Positions 50,274 to 60,053 of a stretch of 64,000 nucleotides of DNA are shown here, one piece after another; the stretch's first letter is position 1, and each line of letters starts with the position of its first letter. The DNA lies in the NCBI GenBank assembly GCA_044070495.1, contig JBIPSI010000006.1, positions 115,363 through 179,362 of the forward strand, written 5' to 3'. This DNA comes from Spirulina sp. Its GTDB lineage: Bacteria > Cyanobacteriota > Cyanobacteriia > Phormidesmidales > Phormidesmidaceae. A program made the translations under genes and the position numbers. Below the pieces are notes generated by a model. The model made no database searches. It had not been told where the DNA came from and saw only the letters and a list, made by a program, of their open reading frames with translations.

Positions 50274-51968
50274 ATGAAGAATAATATCTCCACCAACATC
50301 AACGGTGTTATGCTGCAAGGCTTTCACTGGTTTCTCAGATCAGACTTTCCGGAAAGTCGTGGCCGCAGTCTGTGGCAGTTTCTCCGAGATGAAGCCGGTC
50401 ATTTTAGAACGATTGGCATCGACGCTATCTGGATTCCTCCGGCTTACAAAGCGGCCTTTAACCGCAGTAATAGTGTGGGCTATGATGTCTACGATCACTT
50501 CGACCTGGGTGAATTTATCCCCGCTGGCGAAACCAACTCCAGAACCAAATATGGCACCAAACTAGAGCTGATCGAGGCGGTGCGATCACTACACGGCGAT
50601 GGAACTCAAAAGCGCATTCAGGTGTATGCCGATGTTGTGCTGAATCACAAGATGGGAGGCCAAGAAGACGGCTATTGGCAAGCCATTCGGGTTGAAAAAG
50701 AAAATCGTAATATTGAACGCTGGGGAGACGGGTTTGAACAAGGTGTGATCGAAATTAAAGCCTATACAAAATTCGATCACTCTGAACGAGAAGGCAAGTA
50801 TTCCAGCTTTCGGTGGCGGGCTAGATACTTTGATAGCGTCGATGCAACAGCTAAGATTCGTCAGAACGGCAGTGTGTTCCATGACCCCGAAGACAAATAT
50901 ATCTATCGATTTTTGCATAATGAACGGGGGTATATTCCCGCTGACAAGAAGTTCGAGCCATGGGTATCTCTAGAGAAGGGAAACTATGACTACCTTACCG
51001 GCTGCGACTTTGACTATGGTCGGCACGATGTGCGGGAGGAAATGAAATTTTGGGGCACCTGGTTGACTAGGGAACTTGATCTGGATGGGGTCAGGTTGGA
51101 TGCCGTCAAACACATCAGCGCCGATTATATTCGGGAATGGCTGGGGCATGTGCGCTGGCAGACAGGTAAAGCCTTTTTTGCCGTGGGTGAATATATTTCA
51201 GGCTCCACACACACCCTACACGATTACATTGCCCGAGTAACCACTGAAGGCGAGTATCCGCAGCCCATCACCCTATTTGACTTTCCCCTTTACTTCAAAT
51301 TTAAAGATATCAGTCGAATGGGGGAAAGCTTTGACCTTCGCATCCTCAATCAAGGAACGTTAATGGCAGAGCAACCAGCCCTAGCCGTTACCTACGTCGA
51401 AAACCATGATTATGAATATGGGAGAGGCTTTAACTCCCATGTTGAGGAGTGGTTTAAGCCCTTAGCTTATGCCTTTATTCTGTTGCGAGATAAGGGATAT
51501 CCCTGTATCTTCTTCCCAGATTATTACGGATCCCTCGACTGGATTGAAAATGGTAATCGTTGGCACCGAGCGCAGAAATCTGGCAGAGAATACCTCGATC
51601 TGCTGCTGCGACTGAGGAAGCAATTTGCCCTGGGTGAAGAACGATACTATGCCGATTACAACGTTGCTGGATGGGTTCGGATGGGGTTTGTCCCTGGTGC
51701 AAAAGGGGCGATGGCGGTCGTCATCAACACCGCTTACGGGGCAGTCAAAGCAATTCGGATGAATACTGGTCGCTTTAACAAACGCTTTTACCATCTAGCG
51801 ACCCTGAAGCAAACGGATCAGGGTTTTGTAACCGTTCGTCAGCGCTACAACCTCTACGGCGACAAGGCGGAAGGACTGTGGACGGATGCTAACGGTTGGG
51901 CAGATTTCGTCGCCGATGGTGGCACAGCATCTATCTGGATCGAAGAGGGAGTTGGGTTAGAGGGCTAA
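50274..51968 (+). CDS. cytoplasmic alpha-amylase (GH13, AmyS/AmyA-like)
   Basis: MLQGFHW, WIPPAYK, GYDVYD.FDLGEF, DVVLNH, RLDAVKH, VGEY, VENHD. Confidence 0.92.
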   Translation: MKNNISTNINGVMLQGFHWFLRSDFPESRGRSLWQFLRDEAGHFRTIGIDAIWIPPAYKAAFNRSNSVGYDVYDHFDLGEFIPAGETNSRTKYGTKLELIEAVRSLHGDGTQKRIQVYADVVLNHKMGGQEDGYWQAIRVEKENRNIERWGDGFEQGVIEIKAYTKFDHSEREGKYSSFRWRARYFDSVDATAKIRQNGSVFHDPEDKYIYRFLHNERGYIPADKKFEPWVSLEKGNYDYLTGCDFDYGRHDVREEMKFWGTWLTRELDLDGVRLDAVKHISADYIREWLGHVRWQTGKAFFAVGEYISGSTHTLHDYIARVTTEGEYPQPITLFDFPLYFKFKDISRMGESFDLRILNQGTLMAEQPALAVTYVENHDYEYGRGFNSHVEEWFKPLAYAFILLRDKGYPCIFFPDYYGSLDWIENGNRWHRAQKSGREYLDLLLRLRKQFALGEERYYADYNVAGWVRMGFVPGAKGAMAVVINTAYGAVKAIRMNTGRFNKRFYHLATLKQTDQGFVTVRQRYNLYGDKAEGLWTDANGWADFVADGGTASIWIEEGVGLEG

Positions 51969-52000
51969 GCCCGACTTGTGCCAGGCTCAGCCTCAATCCT

Positions 52001-53398
52001 CTAAACCGACTGAGAAAATTGCCGGATGGTTTTGTTTCGCAGGTAGGTATCGAACACGGCGGCGATATTGCGAATCAACAGCCGTCCAGCGGGTAGGACT
52101 TCGATGTGGTTGGGAGTCAGCCGCACCAGGCCATCGGTCTCTAGGGCTTGCAGGTCTTGGCGTTCACGGGCGAAGTAGTCGTCAAAATCCTGATCGAAGC
52201 TGAGGTGATATTTTTCTTCGATGGCAGCCTTGGATAGCTCAAACTGGCACATCAATTCCATAATCACTGTGCGGCGCAAAATGTCGTCTTGGCTCAGCAC
52301 CACGCCCCGCTCAATGGGTAGGGTATCGGCGTCCATGGCTTTGTAGAAATCCCGCAGGCCCTTGTGGTTTTGGGCATAGACATCGTGCAACATGCTGATG
52401 GAGGTCATCCCAAAGCCCAGCAGGTCAGATTCGGGCTGGGTGGTATAGCCCTGGAAGTTGCGATGCAGTTGACCCTGGCGCTGGGCAATGGCGAGTTCAT
52501 CGTCGGCCTTGGCAAAGTGATCCATGCCGATGAACTGGTAGCCGCCAGCGGTAAGGCGGTCAATCGTCATGTGGAAGATTTCCAGTTTTTCCTCAGGCCC
52601 GGGCAGGGTGGCGGGGTTGATGTGCTTTTTCTGCACAGGCTTCAGCCAGGGCACGTAGGCAAAATTGAACACCGCAATTCGGTCAGGATCCAGGCGCAGG
52701 GTTTTCTCGATGGTGTCTTGGAAGGTGGCCAAATTTTGGTAGGGCAGACCATAGATTAGGTCTACATTGACGCTTTCAAAACCCGCCTCCCGCAGCCAGC
52801 CCATGGCATCAAACAGCATATCTTCCGGCTGAATCCGGTTCACCGCCGTCTGCACTTTAAAGTCAAAATCTTGCAGACCAAAGCTTACCCGTTTAAAGCC
52901 CAGATTCTTGAGGAAATAGACGTACTCCCGATCCAAATCCCTGGGGTTAACTTCGATGGAAATTTCCGCCGCTGGATCAAAATCAAAATTTTGGTGCAAT
53001 ACGTTCCACAACCGTTCTACTTGAGCCTGGGTGAGGTAGCTAGGCGTGCCGCCGCCCCAGTGCAATTGGTTGACTTGACGGTTAGAAACCTTTTCCGCCA
53101 TTTGGATAATGTTGTGTTCCAGGTAATCCAAATAGGGATCAGCCACCTTTTTATGGCGCGTAATCACCGTATTGCAACCACAGAAATAACAGGCCGATTC
53201 GCAAAAGGGAATATGACAATAGAGGGAAAGCGGCGTTTGCTTATAGTTGCCAACGGCAATGGACGCTTCCAAATCCCTAATACTAAAGCTCTCCTTCATT
53301 TCCGTGGCGGGCGGATAGCTGGTGTAGCGGGGCAGCGCTTGGTTGTACTTGTGCAGCAGAGCAGAATCAAAAACAACGGGATTGGCAACAGACAGCAT
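52001..53398 (-). CDS. hemN: oxygen-independent coproporphyrinogen III oxidase
   Basis: PRYTSYP, HIPFC...CYFCGC, WGGGTP, RNFQGY. Confidence 0.96.
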   Translation of the reverse strand: MLSVANPVVFDSALLHKYNQALPRYTSYPPATEMKESFSIRDLEASIAVGNYKQTPLSLYCHIPFCESACYFCGCNTVITRHKKVADPYLDYLEHNIIQMAEKVSNRQVNQLHWGGGTPSYLTQAQVERLWNVLHQNFDFDPAAEISIEVNPRDLDREYVYFLKNLGFKRVSFGLQDFDFKVQTAVNRIQPEDMLFDAMGWLREAGFESVNVDLIYGLPYQNLATFQDTIEKTLRLDPDRIAVFNFAYVPWLKPVQKKHINPATLPGPEEKLEIFHMTIDRLTAGGYQFIGMDHFAKADDELAIAQRQGQLHRNFQGYTTQPESDLLGFGMTSISMLHDVYAQNHKGLRDFYKAMDADTLPIERGVVLSQDDILRRTVIMELMCQFELSKAAIEEKYHLSFDQDFDDYFARERQDLQALETDGLVRLTPNHIEVLPAGRLLIRNIAAVFDTYLRNKTIRQFSQSV

Positions 53399-53450
53399 GG
53401 TTATCGGGAATTTATGAAGGGTGGATTGGAAAGTCTGTGCCCCCAGATTA

Positions 53451-53530
53451 GATCCCCCCTAGCCCCCCTTAGGAAGGGGGGAACTGGAGTAAGTCAAAGT
53501 CCCCCTTTATAAGGGGGATTTAGGGGGATC
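53451..53530. repeat. family B repeat
   Basis: Near-identical to 4514-4589. Confidence 0.85.
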
Positions 53531-53548
53531 TCCGGAGGTGTAGATTTG

Positions 53549-53628
53549 TGTAGGTTGGGTGAAACGGAGTGGAACCCAACACCAAGATATGGGCTTGTTG
53601 GGTTCTGCTATCGCGCCACCCAACCTAC
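53549..53628. repeat. family D REP-like repeat
   Basis: Near-identical to 35832-35916. Confidence 0.8.
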
Positions 53629-53755
53629 ATGGCCAAGCCGAGGACTGGAAGTCCTTGGCTTAAGGCTACAATCCTCTGAAGAGGATGGGAAGGCAATTTC
53701 CCCAGTCTGCTTTAGCAGACGTTTGCTATTAGCCAGGGAGTTCACTCCCTCGGGC

Positions 53756-54505
53756 CTATTCCGTTGCCATCAGGGCCACCATGCCGTGGTGGGGGTGGCG
53801 TTCGGTGCTGCCAGGACGATCTTGGCGGGTGATCAGATCAAACACATGGTCGCCCACAGCGGCACGAACGTCGGGTTCCAACTCGTGAAAGACATCGCGG
53901 TTGAGGGCAAAGGCCAGATTGGCTTCGTCGATCATCGCTTGGGTCAGGGCCTCATCCACGGGCAGGCTATTGAGGATTTCCCGGTAGCGAATTTTGAAGT
54001 CGCGCTTGGCTTCCACGGTGGGCAGTTGGTCAAATTCATGGAGGCCCGTACCCTTGTCGGCGGGCAGATTCAGGGCCGAGCGTACAATGTGCCGCAAGCC
54101 TTGGCCACCGGAGAGATCGCCCATATAACGAACATAGGCATGGGCCACCAGTAGGGCCGGATTGCTGCGGGACACTTCCCGAATGCGGCTGACGTAGTGG
54201 GCACCAGCCGGGGTGGCCTGAATCAGGTCGCGCCAGTTGTCGCCATAGTAATAGGCCAGATCCTCTTCCAGCTTGGCCGTCCGCAGCAGTTCGCCAAACA
54301 CCATCGGCCCCACCACGGGATGATCGGCATGGCGAGCCATCTCTTCCTCTAGGGCACTGTAGAGAAAATACAGGTCGGCGGTGAGCTTTTTGAAGGGTTC
54401 TAGCTCCACCACGCCCTTGAGAAAGCACTTCATGAAAGCGGTATTTTCCGACAGGGTATGGGAGGTTTGGCTGCCTTCCCGCAGCCGCTGAGCCAGATCA
54501 GTCAT
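53756..54505 (-). CDS. ho2: heme oxygenase (likely low-oxygen Ho2 type)
   Basis: LREG...SH..SENTAFMKCFLKG, HAY.RYMGDLSGGQ; upstream of hemN. Confidence 0.88.
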   Translation of the reverse strand: MTDLAQRLREGSQTSHTLSENTAFMKCFLKGVVELEPFKKLTADLYFLYSALEEEMARHADHPVVGPMVFGELLRTAKLEEDLAYYYGDNWRDLIQATPAGAHYVSRIREVSRSNPALLVAHAYVRYMGDLSGGQGLRHIVRSALNLPADKGTGLHEFDQLPTVEAKRDFKIRYREILNSLPVDEALTQAMIDEANLAFALNRDVFHELEPDVRAAVGDHVFDLITRQDRPGSTERHPHHGMVALMATE

Positions 54506-55104
54506 GGGTGTACCTCGCAGTAACAATGTTTCGAGAAAAATCTTTTCATCACTATACAGCTATGAAGCGTAAAACCCAGACTAGCAAATTAAGTTTTGTG
54601 TCCCCCTAGGCTCAGTCGGTAGTGGTACTTAGCCCTTCGACCAAGCCCCTGGACTGGATCAGGCATGACTTACCCACCCGTCCCCTAGCGCCCAGGCTTT
54701 GCCTGGGTGCCATTTCCGAGGCTCCGGCCTCGGCTCGTCGGGACTTTATCCAGCCTGAGCCTGGGACGTAGGCGATTGAATAAACCCTGGGGAACCCCTC
54801 GTTAGGAAACGTTACGACGACGGAGCCGAAAGCCCAGATCCGCCGCATTCCTGGCTTTCGCAGCACCTTGCTAGGAACACCGTGGCAGCGGGGCAACCCA
54901 ATTTTCTTGAACGGCTGGGAAAAATGGCCCAGGGCTATGCTATGTTTTATAGCCATAAAGCGATAAAGCAATTCTTCTGGGTCACAAACCCCTGTCGCTG
55001 ACGTTTGCAATCTTCTCTCTCAACCCGTCCCCTCCCCGGAGGGGACTTTTGTAGGGCCATGCGCCCCTTGTTTAATTGCCCTTTATGGATTCCGAAATAG
55101 CCCT

Positions 55105-56181
55105 ATGGTGACCGCTCTCCCCAAGCCAGCTCCGCAGCCCGGTAATAGCCAAGTCAAAACGGCCATTGAAGAAAACCTCCTGTCTCCCCGCTTTTACATC
55201 ACCGATTTTGATAAAGCCGCCGACCTCGATCTTTCCCTAGAGGCCGAAGGCATCCAGGCGATGCTGGAGGAAATGCGGGCCGACTATAACCGCCACCACT
55301 TCATTCGCGACAACTCCTTTGAACAGGTGTGGGATCACATCGAAGGAGAGGAACGTAAGGCATTTATTGATTACCTAGAGCGTTCCTGTGTATCAGAATT
55401 TTCGGGCTTCTTGCTGTTCAAAGAACTGTCCCGCCGCCTCAAAAATCGCAACGCACCCCTAGCCGAAATCTTCCACCTGATGGCCCGCGATGAAGCTCGC
55501 CATGCGGGATTCCTGAACAAATGTATGCAGGATTTCAATATTTCGCTAGATCTGGCTAAGTTGACTAAAAACCGTACCTACACCTTCTTCCCGGTGGAGT
55601 GGATTATCTACGCCGTTTACCTCTCAGAAAAGATTGGCTACTGGCGTTATATTCTGATTTTCCGGCATTTAGAACAGCATCCTGAACACAAGTTCTATCC
55701 GCTATTCAACTACTTTGAAAGCTGGTGCCAGGACGAGAATCGTCACGGTGATATTTTCAAAGCCCTAATTCGTTCTCAACCCCACATGTGGGACACCTGG
55801 AAAGGTCGTTTGTGGAGTCGCTTTTTCCTATTATCCGTCTTTGCTACCCACAGCTTAACGGTGCATGAACGGGCCAAATTCTACGAAATGCTGGGCCTAG
55901 ATGCCACGGAATTTGACACCCAAGTCGTCCGTAAAACCAACGAAACTGCCGCCCGTGCCTTCCCGGTATCGCTGAACGTGGATCATCCCCAGTTTTTCCC
56001 CCGGTTGGAACGTTCTGCCGCCCGCAACCTCAAAATCAAGCAGATTAGTGAAGGCCCTGGCCCCAATTGGCTGAAGCAACTACGGAAACTGCCCCTGGTG
56101 ATGGGCATTGTCGTCGATCTGCTGCGGCTCTACCTGATCAAACCCGTGGATGCCGAAGGTCTGCGCGGCACGGTACTTTAG
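55105..56181 (+). CDS. acsF: Mg-protoporphyrin IX monomethyl ester oxidative cyclase (likely low-oxygen paralogue)
   Basis: LLSPRFY.TDF, EFSGFLL.KE, DEARHAG, SEKIGYWRY, CQDENRHG. Confidence 0.95.
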   Translation: MVTALPKPAPQPGNSQVKTAIEENLLSPRFYITDFDKAADLDLSLEAEGIQAMLEEMRADYNRHHFIRDNSFEQVWDHIEGEERKAFIDYLERSCVSEFSGFLLFKELSRRLKNRNAPLAEIFHLMARDEARHAGFLNKCMQDFNISLDLAKLTKNRTYTFFPVEWIIYAVYLSEKIGYWRYILIFRHLEQHPEHKFYPLFNYFESWCQDENRHGDIFKALIRSQPHMWDTWKGRLWSRFFLLSVFATHSLTVHERAKFYEMLGLDATEFDTQVVRKTNETAARAFPVSLNVDHPQFFPRLERSAARNLKIKQISEGPGPNWLKQLRKLPLVMGIVVDLLRLYLIKPVDAEGLRGTVL

Positions 56182-56195
56182 AACGTAGATTGAGC

Positions 56196-56263
56196 GAGAT
56201 TCCAGGGGTCTATCTGGGAAAATCCCCAAGCACCTTGGCGGTGGGTGAAGAACCCTGGGATCT
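56196..56263. repeat. diverged family A inverted repeat
   Basis: gagattccaggggtct ... agaaccctgggatct. Confidence 0.7.
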
Positions 56264-56516
56264 ACCTAGGACATCCCAATCCCACACAATTTCAACTTTG
56301 GTCACGACCCCTCAGGGGGTTCCTCCGAAACCCCAGACCACTCCAGCCTGGGGTTTTTCTTAGGTATGACGCGACTATGTAACAGATTGCAAGCAATGGT
56401 AGGGAAATGGTTAACAATCCTCTCGGCGTGGAATCCTAAAGGCTAGGATTGCGGTGATTCCTTCGTTGATAGGGCGGTATGGGATGACGGCACCATCGAG
56501 AGCTTCGGCTCAATCT

Positions 56517-56831
56517 ATGATTCTCACCAATATTGAAAGCGTTCCTGGCAAAACAATTACAAAACAATTGGGCCTTGTCCAGGGTAGTTCCGTGAGATCA
56601 AAACACATTGGCCGAGACATTGCGGCGGGCTTTAAAAATATTGTAGGCGGCGAACTAAAGGGCTATACGGAACTGCTGCAAGAAGCTCGCGATCAGGCTA
56701 CTCAACGCATGGTACAAGAAGCTCACAAACGGGGAGCCAATGCCATCGTTAACGTGCGGTTTGCCACGTCTTCTCTGACCCAGGGAGCGGCAGAATTATT
56801 TGCCTACGGTACAGCGGTACGGGTGGAATAG
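56517..56831 (+). CDS. YbjQ/UPF0145 family protein
   Basis: G.VQG..VR.KH.GRD..A..KN.VGGEL.GYT.LL..AR, AYGTAV. Confidence 0.92.
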   Translation: MILTNIESVPGKTITKQLGLVQGSSVRSKHIGRDIAAGFKNIVGGELKGYTELLQEARDQATQRMVQEAHKRGANAIVNVRFATSSLTQGAAELFAYGTAVRVE

Positions 56832-56833
56832 GC

Positions 56834-57283
56834 ATGGATGGATTAATTAGCCTTGCTACGTTTTCTATTTTGTTGATTGTTGGCCTCTATTTCGGCAATC
56901 GAGCTGAGCAGGCACATTTGCGTTCCCTCAAACAGCGAGAACAAGCCGTGCAGCATCTCGGCATTAGTGTTTCAGGTGGAAAAGCGGAATTTCCCCAAGC
57001 CCAGGAAGCTCGACTATTTGTAGGCAGTGTGGTGATTTCCTCCGATTTTTTCAAAACCTTCATTGCGGGTTTACTGAACCTAATCGGCGGCGAAATTTCA
57101 ACCTACGAAATCTTGCTAGATCGCGCCCGCCGAGAAGCGATGGCACGGATGGAGGAATCTGCCCTCGCCTGGGGAGCAGAGCAAGTGGTAAATGTCCGCA
57201 TCCAAACTGCCGAACTCAGCGGTAATTCGAGTAAGGGCATTGTCGCGGTGGAAGTGATCGCCTACGGAACAGGGTTGCGGTGA
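56834..57283 (+). CDS. YbjQ family protein with N-terminal TM
   Basis: GSVVIS.DFFK...L..L.GGEI.TYE.LLDRARREA, AYGT. Confidence 0.88.
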   Translation: MDGLISLATFSILLIVGLYFGNRAEQAHLRSLKQREQAVQHLGISVSGGKAEFPQAQEARLFVGSVVISSDFFKTFIAGLLNLIGGEISTYEILLDRARREAMARMEESALAWGAEQVVNVRIQTAELSGNSSKGIVAVEVIAYGTGLR

Positions 57284-57422
57284 TGCAGGGTTGCGGTGAT
57301 ACAAAGAACCCCGATTTCTCCCAGAAACCGCAGGGCTGGTTCTTGTTGTTGAGAGGAAAATGAGGTGGTCTAAGTTACGGATAGCAAATCCAATCGTGAC
57401 TTAGACCATGAACCTCTAGACC

Positions 57423-58314
57423 ATGAACCTCATAAAGCAATTGAAGCAAATTCCTTGCCCTGCGTAGTGTCCATGGGCAACGCTAGCCCTTCTGGATGCT
57501 GCTCTTGCTGGCCTTACTCGGTAGTCTGTGCGGCTAGCGAGGGTATCGCCCCTTAGCAGACTTTTGCCGTCAGAATGTCGATGAGAACCAACGGGTGATC
57601 GCCCCGTACATTCCCGTACCGAGACCCTGCGTGTCTACCTTTCGTCGATTATTTTTGCAGGTCAGCCACCAAGCCTTGGCTGACGTCTTTCATCAGGGGT
57701 GCCTAACATTCATGCGTCCGAGTGCGGGCAGTGGGGTGGGGGTGACAAAAGGCGACTGTGGCTCAGCTTGTGGCGCAGCAGCAGCACTACCTGATGTGAA
57801 AGGCAATCAGAAGAAGCGCTATCGGGTGCTTACCAAATGGGCGGCTACGTCCCCTCCCATAGATACCGATGAGGCAGATGATCTCAGTCATAGTCGCATG
57901 GTCACCTGTCCCGTCTCTACCTTCTGGAGGCCCCCTGAGATTCAGACCGAGTGGCCCAACAGTCAGCCCGTCGTCCAGGTGACCCGCGCTAGAATTCGTG
58001 ATGGCGAATCATTCCACCATCAGTCGCTGTACCTCACTGACCATAGCCTCAGTGCCCGTGAATTGAAGCATCGAGTGCAAGGTCATTGGGAGATCGAGAA
58101 TCGTCTCCCTTGGGTGCGTGATGTCACGTTGCTAAACGATAACTCACCCCGTTTAGGGGGGCGCACTCCAATGATTTGGGCCATCCTCAACGGCTGGTTC
58201 ATCAATCTATACCGGGGGCTGGGCTGCGCCACCATCCCAGAAAGGGTTGGAGACCTCACCAAGCGATTGAGCAAGGTTTTTAAACTCCTCTCCTTTAATT
58301 TTTCCTCTGCTTAA
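57423..58314 (+). pseudogene. ISAs1 family transposase relic
   Basis: MNLIKQLKQIP, frameshift, R*PFWMLLLL..LG.LCG*RGYRPLADF, VKGNQK, GHWEIENRLPWVRDV; internal deletions. Confidence 0.8.
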
Positions 58315-58400
58315 CATAAACCAACTCTACGGTTTCTGTAAAAACCGAGGATATATAAAAAAGCCTCTTACCAAATAAGCAGGCTTTTCATTAAGTTCAA

Positions 58401-58474
58401 CGGGCGAGGAGGGATTCGAACCCCCGACACCGTGGTCCGTAGCCACGTGCTCTAGTCCACTGAGCTACACGCCC
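58401..58474 (-). tRNA. tRNA-Arg(ACG)
   Basis: Reverse complement GGGCGTGTAGCTCAGTGG..., CGTGG-CTACGGA-CCACG, GGTTCGAATCC. Confidence 0.96.
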
Positions 58475-58562
58475 CTGTCAGGCTTTTTATCCTATCACAG
58501 TCTTTTGGTAATTTGGAAACTAGATTTGAAAATTTTTCTAAGCAAACCCTCTAGGCAAACCC

Positions 58563-59099
58563 ATGGCCCACTCTTCCAAACCACCGTCTGACCCCATGCC
58601 CCTGACTCACCTAGATGCCCAGGGCCAAGCCCAGATGGTGGATGTGAGCGCCAAGACCACCACTGTGCGAGAAGCCGTGGCGGAGGCCGCTGTGAAAATG
58701 CGGCCCCAAACCCTAGCCACCATTGAAGCCGGGAATGCGCCCAAGGGTGATGTGCTGGGGACGGCCCGCATTGCGGGTATTATGGCGGCGAAGCAAACGG
58801 CAAACTTGATTCCCCTTTGCCACCCCCTGCCCATCCATAAAGTGGAAGTGCTCATCACCCCCGATGCTGACCTACCGGGCTATCGCATCCAGGCGACGGT
58901 GAAGGTGAAGGCGGAAACGGGAGTGGAAATGGAAGCCCTAACGGCGGCTTCGGTGGCGGCGCTGACCCTCTACGACATGGCCAAGGCCCTAGAGAAATCT
59001 ATGGAAATTCAATCGGTACGGCTGCTGAGCAAAACCGGGGGCAAGTCTGGTGATTATCAGGTTGTTGCGCCCGAATCTCGTAGCTCAGACATCTCGTAG
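58563..59099 (+). CDS. moaC: cyclic pyranopterin monophosphate synthase
   Basis: [44 protein letters not shown]. Confidence 0.96.
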   Translation: MAHSSKPPSDPMPLTHLDAQGQAQMVDVSAKTTTVREAVAEAAVKMRPQTLATIEAGNAPKGDVLGTARIAGIMAAKQTANLIPLCHPLPIHKVEVLITPDADLPGYRIQATVKVKAETGVEMEALTAASVAALTLYDMAKALEKSMEIQSVRLLSKTGGKSGDYQVVAPESRSSDIS

Positions 59100-59129
59100 G
59101 TTGGACAGCCCCATCCGCTATTTGGGAGT

Positions 59130-59282
59130 CATACCAAATCCTGCTTGGCTAGCCCCGATTCTCTAGTGGTGCATTGCGGCTAATCAGGATATCAGGGTAT
59201 TTCCAGTTAGGGGGATAGCCGCGAATGCACCACTACGATTCTGGTTGTTGGAAATTGGGGTTATGGGATTTGGATTTGGTTT
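59130..59282. repeat. family C element
   Basis: ataccaaatcc...tagtggtgcattgcggc...gccgcgaatgcaccactac...ggatttggt. Confidence 0.7.
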
Positions 59283-59390
59283 GATATCAAATCTGATCTG
59301 GCGTTTTCCTGAGGGCCTGTTAATAGAACGCCCACCACAACTTAGGCGTTGGGTGGGCGAGGGCGACTCAGCGGTTTGGGAAATCAGGAC

Positions 59391-59939
59391 TTAGGCCGGA
59401 GTCTGAAGGTCGTCTAGGGTGGCCAGTACCTCTTTGCTGTGGATGACGGGCCGCACCCCTAGGAACTGGGCGCGTAGAATGCCGTCGGGGTCAATGATGT
59501 AGGTGTGGCGCAGGGAAGCGGCCCCCAACCAAGACCCATAGGCCTTGCTAACCCGACCATCGGGATCCGACAGCAGGGGAAACTCGATGCCCTCGGCGTC
59601 GCAAAACTCGGCGTGGGAATCGACACTATCGGCACTCACCCCTACAATTTGGGCATTGCGGGCCTGGTAGGCGGCGATGTCTTTCTGAAAGCGCTGGGCT
59701 TCGATGGTGCAGCCGGAGGTGAAATCGCGGGGATAAAAATACAGCACCACCCACTGATTGCGGAAATCCGCCAGGGAGATATCGCCATCGCCGCTGTTGG
59801 TGGGCAGCGTGAAGTCTGGGGCGGGGCTACCGAGGGGGGGTTGGATGCCGCCCATGGCCAGGGCGGGGGCCGGGGCCGACATCCAGGTGAACCAAATCAG
59901 GCAAAAGCCTAAGAAAACGTGCAGAAAACGACGACCCAT
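59391..59939 (-). CDS. peroxiredoxin (BCP/PrxQ) with signal peptide
   Basis: APDFTLP, VLYFYP.DFTSGCT.EA. Confidence 0.92.
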   Translation of the reverse strand: MGRRFLHVFLGFCLIWFTWMSAPAPALAMGGIQPPLGSPAPDFTLPTNSGDGDISLADFRNQWVVLYFYPRDFTSGCTIEAQRFQKDIAAYQARNAQIVGVSADSVDSHAEFCDAEGIEFPLLSDPDGRVSKAYGSWLGAASLRHTYIIDPDGILRAQFLGVRPVIHSKEVLATLDDLQTPA

Positions 59940-60053
59940 AATGCTTTAGCGGTAAAACGGCAGGGTAAATGAGATCACGTTACTTAAGTTAACACTCATC
60001 CGCCCTGGGCTCCGTTGCCCTTGCGATGTCGTCGTTATAGATGAACCGGGAGC

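Noticed and set aside
53546..54154. 202-aa plus-strand ORF
   Set aside because: Starts inside a REP-like repeat and is antisense to heme oxygenase.
54670..54750. Hammerhead ribozyme (minus strand CCGACGA...stem...GAAA)
   Set aside because: Core deviates from CUGANGA, stem II register is off and there is no NUH cleavage triplet.
54612..55010. 132-aa ORF
   Set aside because: TTG start, no recognisable motifs, lies in a divergent regulatory gap.
57481..57540. TAG recoding / readthrough
   Set aside because: TAG ends many conserved genes at their expected termini, and the transposase also has a frameshift and deletions.
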